NCBI GenBank assembly: GCA_041746255.1
Contig: JBGTHM010000030.1
Span: 7,182 to 71,181, forward strand
Direction: 5' to 3'
Length of the DNA: 64,000 nt
Origin: Fibrobacteria bacterium
GTDB lineage: Bacteria; Fibrobacterota; Fibrobacteria; UBA11236
Below, piece by piece: positions 10,259 through 20,092 of the stretch. Every line of letters starts with the position of its first letter. Position 1 is the stretch's first letter. The notes beneath the pieces are model-generated. The model searched no databases. It was not told the DNA's origin and was given only the letters and a program-made list of their open reading frames with translations. The position numbers and the translations under genes are program-made.

Positions 10259-11191
10259 ATGCCGAAAACCTCTACAAAAACCCACTTTACCGCCGCTTCC
10301 GATGGAACCTCCCCCCAGCCCGGCATACGGGCGTTTCTCATCCACCTTCGTCTGCATTACCAATTTTTTATTTTATCGGGTCCCTATTTATTGGGCGGAG
10401 TTTTCGGTGACCGGCCCACGCCCGCCTTTTTTCTGCATTTTTTCACCGTACACATCCTGCTTTTTGGGGGCGTTACGGCGTACAACTCCTTTTGGGACAA
10501 GGATGACGGTCCCATCGGGGGGCTCAAGCGCCCCCCGCCCATGGCCGGGTGGATGCTCCCCGCCTCCTGGGCTCTGCAAGTCGCGGGTTTGGCGCTGGCT
10601 TTGGGTGAGGGAATCTTCTTCGCGGCCTGCTATGGTTTGAGCATGCTGTTGTTCTGGCTCTATAGCAGCCCAAGACCGCGCTTCAAGGGTAAGCCCTGGG
10701 CCAGTCTCTTCGCTATCGGTTTGGGGACGGGATTTTTCCCCTTGCTTATGGGTTATCTGGCGGCTTTGGAAAAGGGGCTTGTCGGATTCGCCCCCCTCAT
10801 GCTTCCTGCGCTGGCAGGGATGGGAGCCACGCTGCTGCTCGTCAGCCTCTACCCGCTTTCGCAAGCGTATCAAATTGACGAAGATTTACGCCGGGGTGAC
10901 GTCACCTTCGCATCCCGTTACGGTTTGAACGGCGTCCGGCGCGTATTCACGGCTTGCTTTTTCGCGGGAACCTTGATCACAGCTTGGGCGCTTTTTCTCG
11001 CAGCCGGATTCTGGGGGCCGTTGCTCGGGGCGCTTTCGGCCTTCGCCGGCCTACTCATTGCTTGGCGTCTTCGCCGCTTACAGGGCATTCCAGAGGAATA
11101 TTCGCTGGTCATGAATATTAAATACGCAGCCTCTCTGCTTTTCGTGCTCTTTTTGTGCGGTTTGCTTTTGATTATGGGGTGGCAGGCGTGA
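10259..11191 (+). CDS. UbiA-superfamily-like polytopic membrane prenyltransferase
   Basis: Multi-TM protein. Motifs AYNSFWDKDDG and IDEDLRRGDVTFASRYG resemble the two Asp-rich motifs of UbiA-family prenyltransferases. Confidence 0.45.
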   Translation: MPKTSTKTHFTAASDGTSPQPGIRAFLIHLRLHYQFFILSGPYLLGGVFGDRPTPAFFLHFFTVHILLFGGVTAYNSFWDKDDGPIGGLKRPPPMAGWMLPASWALQVAGLALALGEGIFFAACYGLSMLLFWLYSSPRPRFKGKPWASLFAIGLGTGFFPLLMGYLAALEKGLVGFAPLMLPALAGMGATLLLVSLYPLSQAYQIDEDLRRGDVTFASRYGLNGVRRVFTACFFAGTLITAWALFLAAGFWGPLLGALSAFAGLLIAWRLRRLQGIPEEYSLVMNIKYAASLLFVLFLCGLLLIMGWQA

Positions 11192-12204
11192 GGGCGCCCG
11201 CGGCTAGGGAGGGAGAACTGTCGCGGCCGTTGCGCTGGGGCATCTTATCCACGGGAAACATCGCCCGCAAGTTTGTTTCCGATCTACGGGAAAGGGGAAT
11301 GGAGGTTGCCGCGGTGGCCTCCCGCGACCTCGGACGGGCCGAGGCTTTCGCCACCTCGCTCGGAATTCATCGACATTACGGCGATTACCGGTCTTTACTG
11401 GACGATAAGGCTATCGACGCGGTCTATATCGCCTTGCCCAATCACCTGCACGCCGAATGGTCCATCCGCTGCGCCGAGGCGGGCAAACATGTTTTATGTG
11501 AAAAGCCCGCAGCGCTTTCCGGCGCCGAATTCGAAAAGGTGATGGCTGCGGTCGAGCGCGCCGATGTGTTTTATATGGAAGGCTTCATGTATCGGCTGCA
11601 TCCCCTATGGGCGCGGATGCGCGAAATCATCGCTTCGGGCCGCATCGGCAGCGTCCGGCTTTTGCATGCTTCCTTCTGCTATGACATGGGGATGAAGCTC
11701 GATAATATCCGGCAAATCCCCGAAGTGGGCGGAGGCGCACTCAACGATATCGGTTGTTATTGCCTCTCTTTCTGTCGCATGCTGGCGGGGGAGGAACCCT
11801 CGGTTTTAAGTGCAACCGGATCTATTGGACACGAAAGCCGCGTAGATGAATGGGCGGTCGCCAGCCTGCGCTTCCCTTCGGGCCTGTCGGCCACTTTCCA
11901 TTGCGCCCTGCGTCTGGCCGAGCCCCACCGGGCCATTATTTATGGTGACAAGGGCCGCATCGAAATTCCCTCACCCTGGTATCCCCACAAAGACAAGGCG
12001 GAACTACGCGTTTTCGATGGTCGCGGCGAGGAGGTCATTTCGGTGGGCGATGGAATTCCCCGTTTCGCGCGCGAGGCCATGCGGGTGGCGGAGAATCTGT
12101 CGGCGCGCCAATGCTCCGAGCTCACTTTAGCTGACAGCTTGGGACAGGCCCGCGCCTTGGAGAGATTGCGGGACGATTTGTACCGTTCCACAAACCTCGG
12201 GTGA
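11155..12204 (+). CDS. Gfo/Idh/MocA-family NAD(P)-dependent oxidoreductase
   Basis: Rossmann N-terminus LRWGILSTGNIARKF and the conserved AVYIALPNHLHAEW...EKP motif. The true start is probably the GTG near 11188, overlapping the upstream stop. Confidence 0.8.
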   Translation: MRFAFDYGVAGVRAPAAREGELSRPLRWGILSTGNIARKFVSDLRERGMEVAAVASRDLGRAEAFATSLGIHRHYGDYRSLLDDKAIDAVYIALPNHLHAEWSIRCAEAGKHVLCEKPAALSGAEFEKVMAAVERADVFYMEGFMYRLHPLWARMREIIASGRIGSVRLLHASFCYDMGMKLDNIRQIPEVGGGALNDIGCYCLSFCRMLAGEEPSVLSATGSIGHESRVDEWAVASLRFPSGLSATFHCALRLAEPHRAIIYGDKGRIEIPSPWYPHKDKAELRVFDGRGEEVISVGDGIPRFAREAMRVAENLSARQCSELTLADSLGQARALERLRDDLYRSTNLG

Positions 12205-12243
12205 CACGCCCGAATCAAAAAACCAGCTGGTGCTGGGTTAGGA

Positions 12244-13662
12244 TCAATGGAGGGGTACCCATTTCCGGAGTTCACCCGTTTCCCGGTCGGCATAAAGGAG
12301 TAGTCCGCGCGGGGGATTGTTCAAAGTTTCACTCACCTCCACCTTGCGGCCATCCAGAGTATACAGGCTCGCGGCCGGTGCGTCCCTCCCGGTAAAAGTG
12401 CGTGTGCTCTTGCCGGATTGGGCAATGGATTTCAATCCCGTGGTAACGGCTGGTTTAAGCTCCGCATGCTTCAAACGGAAAATATGGGTTTGGCGTTGCT
12501 GCACGGTTCCGTGTTCCGTGTACATCGCCGCGTAGATCAGTCCCGAAGCATCTTGTCCGAAAGCGGAAATACGGCCTGGCATATTCCCTGCGACGGATTT
12601 CATTTCTTTCACCGTGGTTTTATCGTCGTTCAGAATCAACCCATAAATTTTGCGGGTCTCATAATCCCCGAACAGGTAAACCCCGTAGAAAGCGGAAGCG
12701 GGATCGGCCCGGTAGACGAAACCCCCGATGACGCAGGCGCTTTGGGCGCGCGTCAACGCCACCACCGGATTAACCAATTGTGAACAATTTCCCGTTTCGC
12801 AATTTCCTTCCACAATGGAAGCCCCGTAATTCAAGCCTTTGTTGACCAAGTTGATTTCTTCGTTCTTAAGGTGGCCTACGTCTCCCAACCACAAATCCCC
12901 ATTTTTCGGATCGAAGTTGAACCTCCAGGGGACCCGAAAACCCGATGCCCAGATTTCCGGGCGTATCCCGGTTTTATTCCGGAAGGGATTGTCTTGCGGA
13001 ATGGCATATTCCAATCCTGGATCTTTTTTATCGATATCAATGCGGATGACCTTGCCCCACAAGCCTTGCATATCCTGGGCGTCGAATTGTCGGTCCGCCT
13101 GGGCGGAATACAGGTAACCATCCGCTCCGAAAATGATGTCGCCGGAGGAATGCACGGTCTTCTGTTCGAATTCGATGATGGTACGGACTCTTTGGGGGTT
13201 TTCCAGCCCGGAGGCGGGCGCTTGCCATTCTTCGATGACGGATCTCGTTTTCAAATCCTTACGGCGATAGAGCACATAGAACTTGCGGTTTTCATCGAAA
13301 CGGGGATGGAACTCCACCTTCCAGGCGCCGTCCCAATGCGTTTCAGTATTGGCGTCGACTGAAAACCAGGCTTTTTTAACGTACTGAGCGCCTTGTTTTT
13401 CCAACAGAAAGGTGGCGCCGGCTCTTTCCATTACCACAAGCCGCTCGGGTTGGTTTGGAACTCCACCTACATGCGTGGGTTGGTCGAAGGAAATTTTGGT
13501 TTGGTCGTAAAATGCCTCATAGGTAACGCCGGTGGGAATGGCGGCATCGGCGGCATATACACCCAGTAGGAGCAGAAGCCCCATGGAAAGAGGACTCCAT
13601 GGTGATACTTTGATTCTGCTTTCAGCTGCCATGAGCCAGACCTTTGCTTTCGTGGTAGTCAC
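12244..13662 (-). CDS. Secreted PQQ-dependent sugar dehydrogenase-like (glucose/sorbosone dehydrogenase family) beta-propeller protein
   Basis: Signal peptide. GSDH-like motifs (ERLVVMERAG, FGADGYLYSAQADR). Confidence 0.55.
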   Translation of the reverse strand: MTTTKAKVWLMAAESRIKVSPWSPLSMGLLLLLGVYAADAAIPTGVTYEAFYDQTKISFDQPTHVGGVPNQPERLVVMERAGATFLLEKQGAQYVKKAWFSVDANTETHWDGAWKVEFHPRFDENRKFYVLYRRKDLKTRSVIEEWQAPASGLENPQRVRTIIEFEQKTVHSSGDIIFGADGYLYSAQADRQFDAQDMQGLWGKVIRIDIDKKDPGLEYAIPQDNPFRNKTGIRPEIWASGFRVPWRFNFDPKNGDLWLGDVGHLKNEEINLVNKGLNYGASIVEGNCETGNCSQLVNPVVALTRAQSACVIGGFVYRADPASAFYGVYLFGDYETRKIYGLILNDDKTTVKEMKSVAGNMPGRISAFGQDASGLIYAAMYTEHGTVQQRQTHIFRLKHAELKPAVTTGLKSIAQSGKSTRTFTGRDAPAASLYTLDGRKVEVSETLNNPPRGLLLYADRETGELRKWVPLH

Positions 13663-13836
13663 ATTGGGTCTAAAGAATATAATCCGGGATGGGGGAAATA
13701 CGGGATGGAATTTTACGGGAATAGAGCCGAAAAATGGCTCTAATTAGCGATCAAGTGGATTTTTATTGCTGCATCGATAAAATAGAGGCCTATCCCGCTT
13801 TGGAGCGATTGGCGGGAATCGCGCCTGATCACGGAA

Positions 13837-15141
13837 TCAAAAGTTCAGGGCAGACACGATTGGCACGCGGGTTTTCTTGGGGGCGATGGCCGCGGAAGCC
13901 CATTTTTCCGGAGCGAAAACGCGCTGCAAGCAGACTTGCACGTCCTTCTGTGTAACCGCGTCAAGACGTTGTAAAGTCGCTTCCAGGGGCTCCTCATCCT
14001 TGCGGTTCAATAGGCGACGTGCGATATGACTCATGCGGCTTTGGGTCGACTCCAGGCTCAGCAAAATACTGCCGCGTACATTGGCTTTGGCGAATTCCAG
14101 CTCCGGGGCGGAAAGACCTTCGTTCTTGAGACGTTTGATTTCACGGGCGATTTCTCGCAAGGCTTTTTGCAAATGCGCGGGTTCGGTGGCGAAGCCGATG
14201 GTAAATAGGCCGGAACCGATCAAGAATTCGGGATTCGAATAAATGGAATAGACCAGCCCGTACTCTTCGCGTAAGTTCTGGAAAAGTCGCGAACTCATGC
14301 CGTCGCCGAATATGGTATTTATCAAGATAAGGGGAAAACGCGCTTGGGCATTGAAGGCGTATCCCGGCCCGCTCAACATTATGTTCACCTGCTGGACCGA
14401 CTTATGATCGATAAGGTGACGCGGCTTGCACGCGACGATTCTCCGCGCCAAGGGGCGTCGGGACTGGATGGGTGCGCCCGCTCCCTGTTTGCGAGGAAGG
14501 CCGAAGGCCTCACGGGTAACGCGAACCGTTTCGGCATGCGAGAGGTTGCCCACGCCGATTACGAAAACCGGCAACCGGCGGCGAACCAGATCGCGGTGGG
14601 CGCTTAAATGCGCGCGCGTCAAGCCGGCTACCGTCTTTTCATCTCCGGCAATGGGAAAACCCAAGCCCTGTTTGCCATAAAATGCGTCCGATAACAAGTC
14701 GTAGATGCTGTCTTCGGGATTATCGTTACCGCCTTTGATTTCCTCGATGATGACGTCTTTCTCCTTGCGGAGTTCTTCTTCGTCGAAAGTCGCGTTCAGG
14801 GCCATGTCGAGAAGCAGCGATAAGCCTTTCATGGCTTCGCTGTCGACCATCTTGGCGTAAAAACAAGTCTGCTCCTTGGAGGTGAAGGCGTTGACATGTC
14901 CACCCGACGCTTCGTAGGACTTGACCAACTCCAGCGCGCTATGGGTGTCGGTGCCTTTGAAGACCATATGCTCAAAGAGGTGGGCCAACCCGTTGGTAGG
15001 CGCGCTTTCGTCACGTGAGCCGATATCGAGGTAGACTCCCAAACTGGCCGAATGCAAATTGGGAAGCGATTCGGTGGCGACCAGGACGCCGTTTTCCAGC
15101 TCCGTGACCTTGATATCTGCGACTTTTTTCTTGTTTATCAT
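13837..15141 (-). CDS. M16-family (pitrilysin/insulinase-like) zinc peptidase
   Basis: HxxEH inverted zinc-binding motif GLAHLFEHMVFKGT, plus the downstream E. Confidence 0.85.
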   Translation of the reverse strand: MINKKKVADIKVTELENGVLVATESLPNLHSASLGVYLDIGSRDESAPTNGLAHLFEHMVFKGTDTHSALELVKSYEASGGHVNAFTSKEQTCFYAKMVDSEAMKGLSLLLDMALNATFDEEELRKEKDVIIEEIKGGNDNPEDSIYDLLSDAFYGKQGLGFPIAGDEKTVAGLTRAHLSAHRDLVRRRLPVFVIGVGNLSHAETVRVTREAFGLPRKQGAGAPIQSRRPLARRIVACKPRHLIDHKSVQQVNIMLSGPGYAFNAQARFPLILINTIFGDGMSSRLFQNLREEYGLVYSIYSNPEFLIGSGLFTIGFATEPAHLQKALREIAREIKRLKNEGLSAPELEFAKANVRGSILLSLESTQSRMSHIARRLLNRKDEEPLEATLQRLDAVTQKDVQVCLQRVFAPEKWASAAIAPKKTRVPIVSALNF

Positions 15142-15156
15142 GGTATTGGTTTCGGG

Positions 15157-15186
15157 GAAAAGGAATCCAGGTCCGGAAAAAATTAT
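15157..15186. other. Perfect 10-bp inverted repeat CCAGGTCCGG-N10-CCGGACCTGG between pnp and the M16 peptidase gene
   Basis: Read directly from the sequence. It is a hairpin of unknown role, possibly a terminator or regulatory stem-loop. Confidence 0.4.
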
Positions 15187-15214
15187 CCGGACCTGGAAAT
15201 CATGGAGTAAAGGA

Positions 15215-15240
15215 TAAAAAAGCGGCTCCGAAAACGCCGC
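15215..15240 (-). terminator. Rho-independent terminator downstream of pnp
   Basis: On the minus strand: AGCGGC-gttttcgga-GCCGCT followed by TTTTTTAT, immediately 3' of the pnp stop. Confidence 0.55.
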
Positions 15241-15261
15241 TCGGTGCGCCGCCCGGTGTAT

Positions 15262-17343
15262 TTATCCGGCAATGAGAGCCTTGCGGCTCAATTTTATTTT
15301 CCCCTGCGGGTCGACTCCGATGCACTTGACTTCAACTTCATCGCCCATGGAAAGCACATCTTCGACTCTATTCACTTTTTGCGGGGCCAGTTCGGAAATA
15401 TGCACCAGACCTTCTTTACCGGGAAGAATTTCCACGAAGGCTCCAAAGGTGGCTATGCCCTTGACCTTGCCACGATAGATCTTTCCCACTTCGGCCTCGG
15501 CGAACAGTTCATTCACCATTTTAAGCGCGATGATGGCATTGTTCCGATGGGGCGCCGATATCGTCAACGATCCGGTATCGTCGATATTGAGGGTCGCGCC
15601 GGAAGACTCCTGGATGCCTCGGATGACCTTGCCGCCGGGTCCGATTAGCTCTTTGACTTTATCCGGCGGAATCTTCTTCTGCAGGATGGACGGTGCGAAC
15701 TTGGATAGCTCTCTCGGGCCCGCCAGCGCATGGTTCATTTTCTCCAGGATGTGCATGCGGCCCGCCTTGGCCTGGCTCAGCGCACGGTGCATAAGCTCCG
15801 GAGTGATTCCCCGCATCTTGATGTCCATTTGAAAGGAGGTAATCCCTTCGGCGGTTCCGCATACCTTAAAATCCATGTCGCCGAGATGGTCTTCGGTTCC
15901 GTTGATGTCGGAGAGAACCTGGGCCCGGCCGCCCTCACTGACCATTCCCATGGCGATGCCCGCCACCGGAGCTTTGAGCTTCACGCCGGCATCCAAAAGC
16001 GCCAGGGTGCCGCCACAAACCGACGCCATGGAAGAGGAACCATGCGATTCCAGAATATCGGAAACCAGGCGAATGGTGTAGGGAAAGCTGTCGGCGGTGG
16101 GTAGAACCGGGGCAAGAGCGCGCTCGGCAAGATAACCATGCCCTATTTCGCGTCGACTGACCGACGCCATGCGCTTGGCTTCGCCAACGCTAAACCCGGG
16201 AAAGTTATAATGCAACATGTAGTTCTTAAATGTTTCGCCTTGCAGGGAATCGACTCGTTGTTCATCGGTGCGGGTTCCCAGGGTGCAAACGACCAGGGCC
16301 TGGGTTTCGCCGCGTTGGAAAAGCGCTGAGCCGTGAGCGCGCGGAAGCACCTGGGTTTCGATATCAATTTGGCGAACCGTATCGGGCTTGCGACCATCGA
16401 TACGCACGCCTTCGTTGAGTACCATTTCGCGCATTTCGCGCCAGTAGATTTCTTCGAACTCGGTAGCGATCTCGCTATCCGCATCCGGGAACTCAGGTGC
16501 GAGTGCGGTAACGACTTGTTGCTTGACGGCCTTGACGGCCTTTCCATGGGCCTTTTTGAGATACGGGCTGTGGAGTACTTCCCGCAGTGGATTGAGCGCG
16601 ATTTCCTCGATGCGTTTTTGCAGGGCGAGGTTTCGTGGCGGGGGAGTGAAAACCTCTTTTTCCGGATTCAGTCTACGGATGAGTTCATTCTGACCCTGGA
16701 TAATCTGTTTGATGGCTTGGTGGCCGGCCAGAATGGCGTTGACCATCAATTCTTCGGGTACTTCCCAGGCCGAGCCCTCGACCATGTTGACGGAAGTTTC
16801 GGTGCCGGCGACGATGAGTTCGATGTCGGCGGATTCGATTTCTTCGAAAGTGGGATTCACGATGAAGCTGCCGTCTTTACTGCCGATTACCTTGACCGCG
16901 GCGACCTGCTCCTCGAAAGGAAGGGGTGAAAGGCCTACGGCTAATGACGCGCCGATAATGGAAATAGTATCGGAATCAAATTTTTCATCGGCGGAAAGGA
17001 CGGATGCAACCACTTGCACTTCGCGACGGAATCCGTCTGGGAACATAGGGCGCAAGGGCCTATCTATGAGGCGGCAAGTTAAAATTTCCTTGTCGCTGGG
17101 TTTAGCCTCGCGCTTGACGTACCCGCCGGGGATTTTGCCGGCAGCATAATATTTTTCGCGGTATTCGACGGTTAGGGGAAAGAAGTCGCCTTGCGATTCG
17201 GCGCCATAGCATACCGTGACCAATACCACGGTTTCGCCAAGTCGGATGATTACCGAGCCGCCCGCCTGTTTGGCGATTTTGCCCGATTCGAGGGTGATGA
17301 TCTTTCCGTCGGGAAGGGTAACATTGACTATTTCATGTGCCAT
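15262..17343 (-). CDS. pnp: Polynucleotide phosphorylase (polyribonucleotide nucleotidyltransferase)
   Basis: 693 aa with full-length PNPase architecture (two RNase PH domains, KH, S1). Classic N-terminus and the rpsO-pnp gene order. Confidence 0.95.
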   Translation of the reverse strand: MAHEIVNVTLPDGKIITLESGKIAKQAGGSVIIRLGETVVLVTVCYGAESQGDFFPLTVEYREKYYAAGKIPGGYVKREAKPSDKEILTCRLIDRPLRPMFPDGFRREVQVVASVLSADEKFDSDTISIIGASLAVGLSPLPFEEQVAAVKVIGSKDGSFIVNPTFEEIESADIELIVAGTETSVNMVEGSAWEVPEELMVNAILAGHQAIKQIIQGQNELIRRLNPEKEVFTPPPRNLALQKRIEEIALNPLREVLHSPYLKKAHGKAVKAVKQQVVTALAPEFPDADSEIATEFEEIYWREMREMVLNEGVRIDGRKPDTVRQIDIETQVLPRAHGSALFQRGETQALVVCTLGTRTDEQRVDSLQGETFKNYMLHYNFPGFSVGEAKRMASVSRREIGHGYLAERALAPVLPTADSFPYTIRLVSDILESHGSSSMASVCGGTLALLDAGVKLKAPVAGIAMGMVSEGGRAQVLSDINGTEDHLGDMDFKVCGTAEGITSFQMDIKMRGITPELMHRALSQAKAGRMHILEKMNHALAGPRELSKFAPSILQKKIPPDKVKELIGPGGKVIRGIQESSGATLNIDDTGSLTISAPHRNNAIIALKMVNELFAEAEVGKIYRGKVKGIATFGAFVEILPGKEGLVHISELAPQKVNRVEDVLSMGDEVEVKCIGVDPQGKIKLSRKALIAG

Positions 17344-17379
17344 GGAATGGTATTTCTCCCAGGGGATAATAGCATGGAA

Positions 17380-17405
17380 GCCCGGTGCCGTTTAGGCGGC
17401 CGGGC
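17380..17405 (-). promoter_or_regulatory. Stem-loop in the rpsO-pnp intergenic region (rpsO terminator / pnp leader hairpin)
   Basis: GCCCGG-N13-CCGGGC inverted repeat in the 76-bp spacer. Its position matches the RNase III-processed pnp leader known in other bacteria. Confidence 0.5.
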
Positions 17406-17419
17406 GGAATGACGTGGAC

Positions 17420-17692
17420 CTAGCGGCGCAATTCGAGCTGTTTAATCAGACCGCGGTAACCGTCGAGGTCGGTTTTCGCCAGGTAATTGAGCATGCGGCG
17501 GCGGTAGGCGACCATGGTGATCAGTCCGCGGCGGGAGTGCTTGTCTTTTTTATGCACTTTGAGATGCTCGGTGATTTCAGCGATGCGATGGGTCAAGATG
17601 GCGATCTGGACGCGGACGTTACCGGAATCCTTTTCGTTCTTACCATAATCGCCTACGAGCTTCTGCGTTATTTCTGTGGTGATTGTCGCCAT
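17420..17692 (-). CDS. rpsO: 30S ribosomal protein S15
   Basis: 90 aa. Conserved S15 sequence (...HLKVHKKDKHSRRGLITMVAYRRRMLNYL...). Confidence 0.95.
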   Translation of the reverse strand: MATITTEITQKLVGDYGKNEKDSGNVRVQIAILTHRIAEITEHLKVHKKDKHSRRGLITMVAYRRRMLNYLAKTDLDGYRGLIKQLELRR

Positions 17693-17720
17693 AACAATAT
17701 TAAACCTTTGAATGGATTAC

Positions 17721-18719
17721 TTAATCGTTGAAAGAAAACTTCTGTTCGGCAGACTTCTTTCCGGGCTCCGCCTTGGAAAAGCGGGTCCGGCATGCCTCCA
17801 GATCTCGCTGGATTTGCCGCCTCAAATCGGAAGAATTTGCAAACTTTTCTTCCTTTCGGAGGTGGAATAATAGTTTTACCCCGGCTTTTTGGCCATAGAT
17901 ATCTGCTTTGAAATCAAGTACATGAGCCTCTAATTTAGCTATTTGAGAGTCGAAAGTCGGGCGGATTCCAATATTGATGACTGCGGGATGATCCACTCCC
18001 TCCAGGTTGACGTAGCCCCCGTATACGCCGAATTGGGGTAATAATTTAACCGGCGATTCCAACCGTAAATTGGCGGTGGGGAAGCCCAGCTTCTTGCCTC
18101 GGCCCTCGCCGGTTTCCACCGTTCCGAGAAAGAGATAAGGCCGACCCAGCAATTCATTGGCCCGCTCAAGGCGACCTGCCTGCAAATGTCCGCGTATGGC
18201 CGAGGAGCTGACAATCTCGCCCTGCAATAAATAAGGTGGGGTCAAATGCACGGCCGCCTCGCCGCCGGAAAGCAATTTACCCAGGAGGGGAGCATCGCCC
18301 TGGGCGCCTTTACCGTATCGATGGTCATGGCCTAGAAAAACCTCGCGGCAATTGAGGGATTGGATTAAAATATTTCGGACGAAATCATCGGGTTCCATAT
18401 GGGCGATTTCGTCGGTGAAGCGGAGACAGAGCGTTTCAATCGGCCACTTTTTCAGGATCTCGATTTTTTCTCCCAGGGTGGTCAACAAAGCAGGAGCTTT
18501 ATCCTTCAGGAAAAAATGGGCGGGATGGGGTTCGAAGGTGACCAGCATGGGCGTAAGACCCCGGACTTTGGCTTTTTGGACGAGGGAGGATAAGAGGTGT
18601 TGATGACCTAAATGGACACCGTCGAAATTACCGAGCGCTAAAAGCGTCGGCTTTTCCTGTGAGGGGATATCGCGTATATCGCGAGGAATCAATTTCGAGC
18701 CAGGACTTTCTCGGGACAC
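17721..18719 (-). CDS. ribF: Bifunctional riboflavin kinase / FMN adenylyltransferase
   Basis: LALGNFDGVHLGHQHLL adenylyltransferase motif plus a C-terminal riboflavin kinase domain. Confidence 0.9.
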   Translation of the reverse strand: MSRESPGSKLIPRDIRDIPSQEKPTLLALGNFDGVHLGHQHLLSSLVQKAKVRGLTPMLVTFEPHPAHFFLKDKAPALLTTLGEKIEILKKWPIETLCLRFTDEIAHMEPDDFVRNILIQSLNCREVFLGHDHRYGKGAQGDAPLLGKLLSGGEAAVHLTPPYLLQGEIVSSSAIRGHLQAGRLERANELLGRPYLFLGTVETGEGRGKKLGFPTANLRLESPVKLLPQFGVYGGYVNLEGVDHPAVINIGIRPTFDSQIAKLEAHVLDFKADIYGQKAGVKLLFHLRKEEKFANSSDLRRQIQRDLEACRTRFSKAEPGKKSAEQKFSFND

Positions 18720-19645
18720 AAGCTGCCATCGGCAAGAATACGGCCGATGGCCAATAGCCGGGTGCCGGAAAGGATGCGATAGGGGGTTTCAGCGCTTTCT
18801 GCCGGAGCGCCGGTCAATCGATATTCCGAAGGCCCTAAAGTGATGCCATTCAGTATGGGGCTTATTTTTACGGGCGAAACAGTGGCGACAGGAAGGAATT
18901 CCAGTGCCTGGGCTACCGGTATGAGGCGGCTCATTCCCTCGATATCCTCGGTAGTTACGGCGTTTTCTACCTGAAAGGGCCCGATGGCCATGCGTCGGAT
19001 AGCATCGGCGACTCCACCTACCTTGAGCAAGCGGCCTATATCATGGGCGAGCGAGCGGACATAAGTGCCGCGAGAGCAAATCAGGCGTAAATGCGCGGCG
19101 GCGGGCTTACCGGTTTCGCCGGGCTCGAAGCCCTCCATTTCAAACCGATAGACATGTATGCGTCTTGACTTGAGTTCGACGGTTTCGCCGGAACGGACTC
19201 GATCGCAAGCGCGCCGACCCGCGATTTTGATGGCGGAATAATCGGGAGGCATCTGCTCCTGTTCGCCGCGGAACCCCTTCAGTGCGTCTTCGATATGCGC
19301 GGCGGTGAGATGTCCGGACTCCTGCCGCTGCAGGACTTCTCCCTGCATATCGTAAGTATCTGTGGCAATGCCCAGGTGCACAGTGAACCGGTAGTCTTTG
19401 GTGAGTTTCTCCATGTATTCGAGGAGGCGGGTGGCCTTATCCACCCCGACCAGCAAAAGGCCCGATGCATCGGGATCCAAGGTACCCGCATGTCCCACTT
19501 TTCGGCCGCGAAATATCTTTTTTACCGGGTGCAGCGCCTTAAAAGAGGAGAGGCCGCGCGCTTTGTCCACCAACAAGAAGCCACCTCCTTCGGGAATTGG
19601 GGGTGTTGGCACATTCGGTCCTGCGACCGCCGGCTGCCTAATCAT
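18689..19645 (-). CDS. truB: tRNA pseudouridine(55) synthase
   Basis: Catalytic motif GHAGTLDPDASGLLLVGV. The C-terminal region may be a PUA domain. Confidence 0.9.
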   Translation of the reverse strand: MIRQPAVAGPNVPTPPIPEGGGFLLVDKARGLSSFKALHPVKKIFRGRKVGHAGTLDPDASGLLLVGVDKATRLLEYMEKLTKDYRFTVHLGIATDTYDMQGEVLQRQESGHLTAAHIEDALKGFRGEQEQMPPDYSAIKIAGRRACDRVRSGETVELKSRRIHVYRFEMEGFEPGETGKPAAAHLRLICSRGTYVRSLAHDIGRLLKVGGVADAIRRMAIGPFQVENAVTTEDIEGMSRLIPVAQALEFLPVATVSPVKISPILNGITLGPSEYRLTGAPAESAETPYRILSGTRLLAIGRILADGSLCPEKVLARN

Positions 19646-20063
19646 TTTTGGAATCTAATTCGGAAGAGGCGTCGGAGTTTTCCTCCGGTTCGTCCTCCTC
19701 GGCTGCTTCCGTCGGGCCGCTCCCGGGGTTATCGATGCGGCTGAGGATTTCGTGCATGCGGAAGCCGTGTTCCAGATTCTTGTCTTCGATGAATTGCAAA
19801 CGGGGCACCGTTCGGGTGTGCATCGATTTTGCCAATTGGGTACGCAGAAAAGACGCGCTTCTTCCCAGCCCGACCAGCGAGTCCTTGGTTTCTTTCGCGC
19901 CGCCTAATACGGTGACGAATACCTTGGCATGAGCCAAATCGGTGGTCACGTCTACGCGCGAGATGGTCACGAATCCAATGCGCGAGTCGGCAAGCTCTTT
20001 TTGAATGAGATCGCTGAGCTCGCGCTGGATTAGGTTTCCGACTCTTTCGGTCCTGCGGGTCAT
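19638..20063 (-). CDS. rbfA: Ribosome-binding factor A
   Basis: MTRRTERVGNLIQRELSDLIQ... is typical of RbfA, with an acidic C-terminal tail. Confidence 0.9.
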   Translation of the reverse strand: MTRRTERVGNLIQRELSDLIQKELADSRIGFVTISRVDVTTDLAHAKVFVTVLGGAKETKDSLVGLGRSASFLRTQLAKSMHTRTVPRLQFIEDKNLEHGFRMHEILSRIDNPGSGPTEAAEEDEPEENSDASSELDSKND

Positions 20064-20092
20064 GGGCTAATATCCTTCCGGCGTGAGATGTC

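Noticed and set aside
11155-11191. 36-bp overlap between the UbiA-like gene and the Gfo/Idh/MocA gene as called by the ORF track
   Set aside because: It is probably an over-extended start. The GTG at about 11188 overlapping the TGA stop is a more plausible initiation site.
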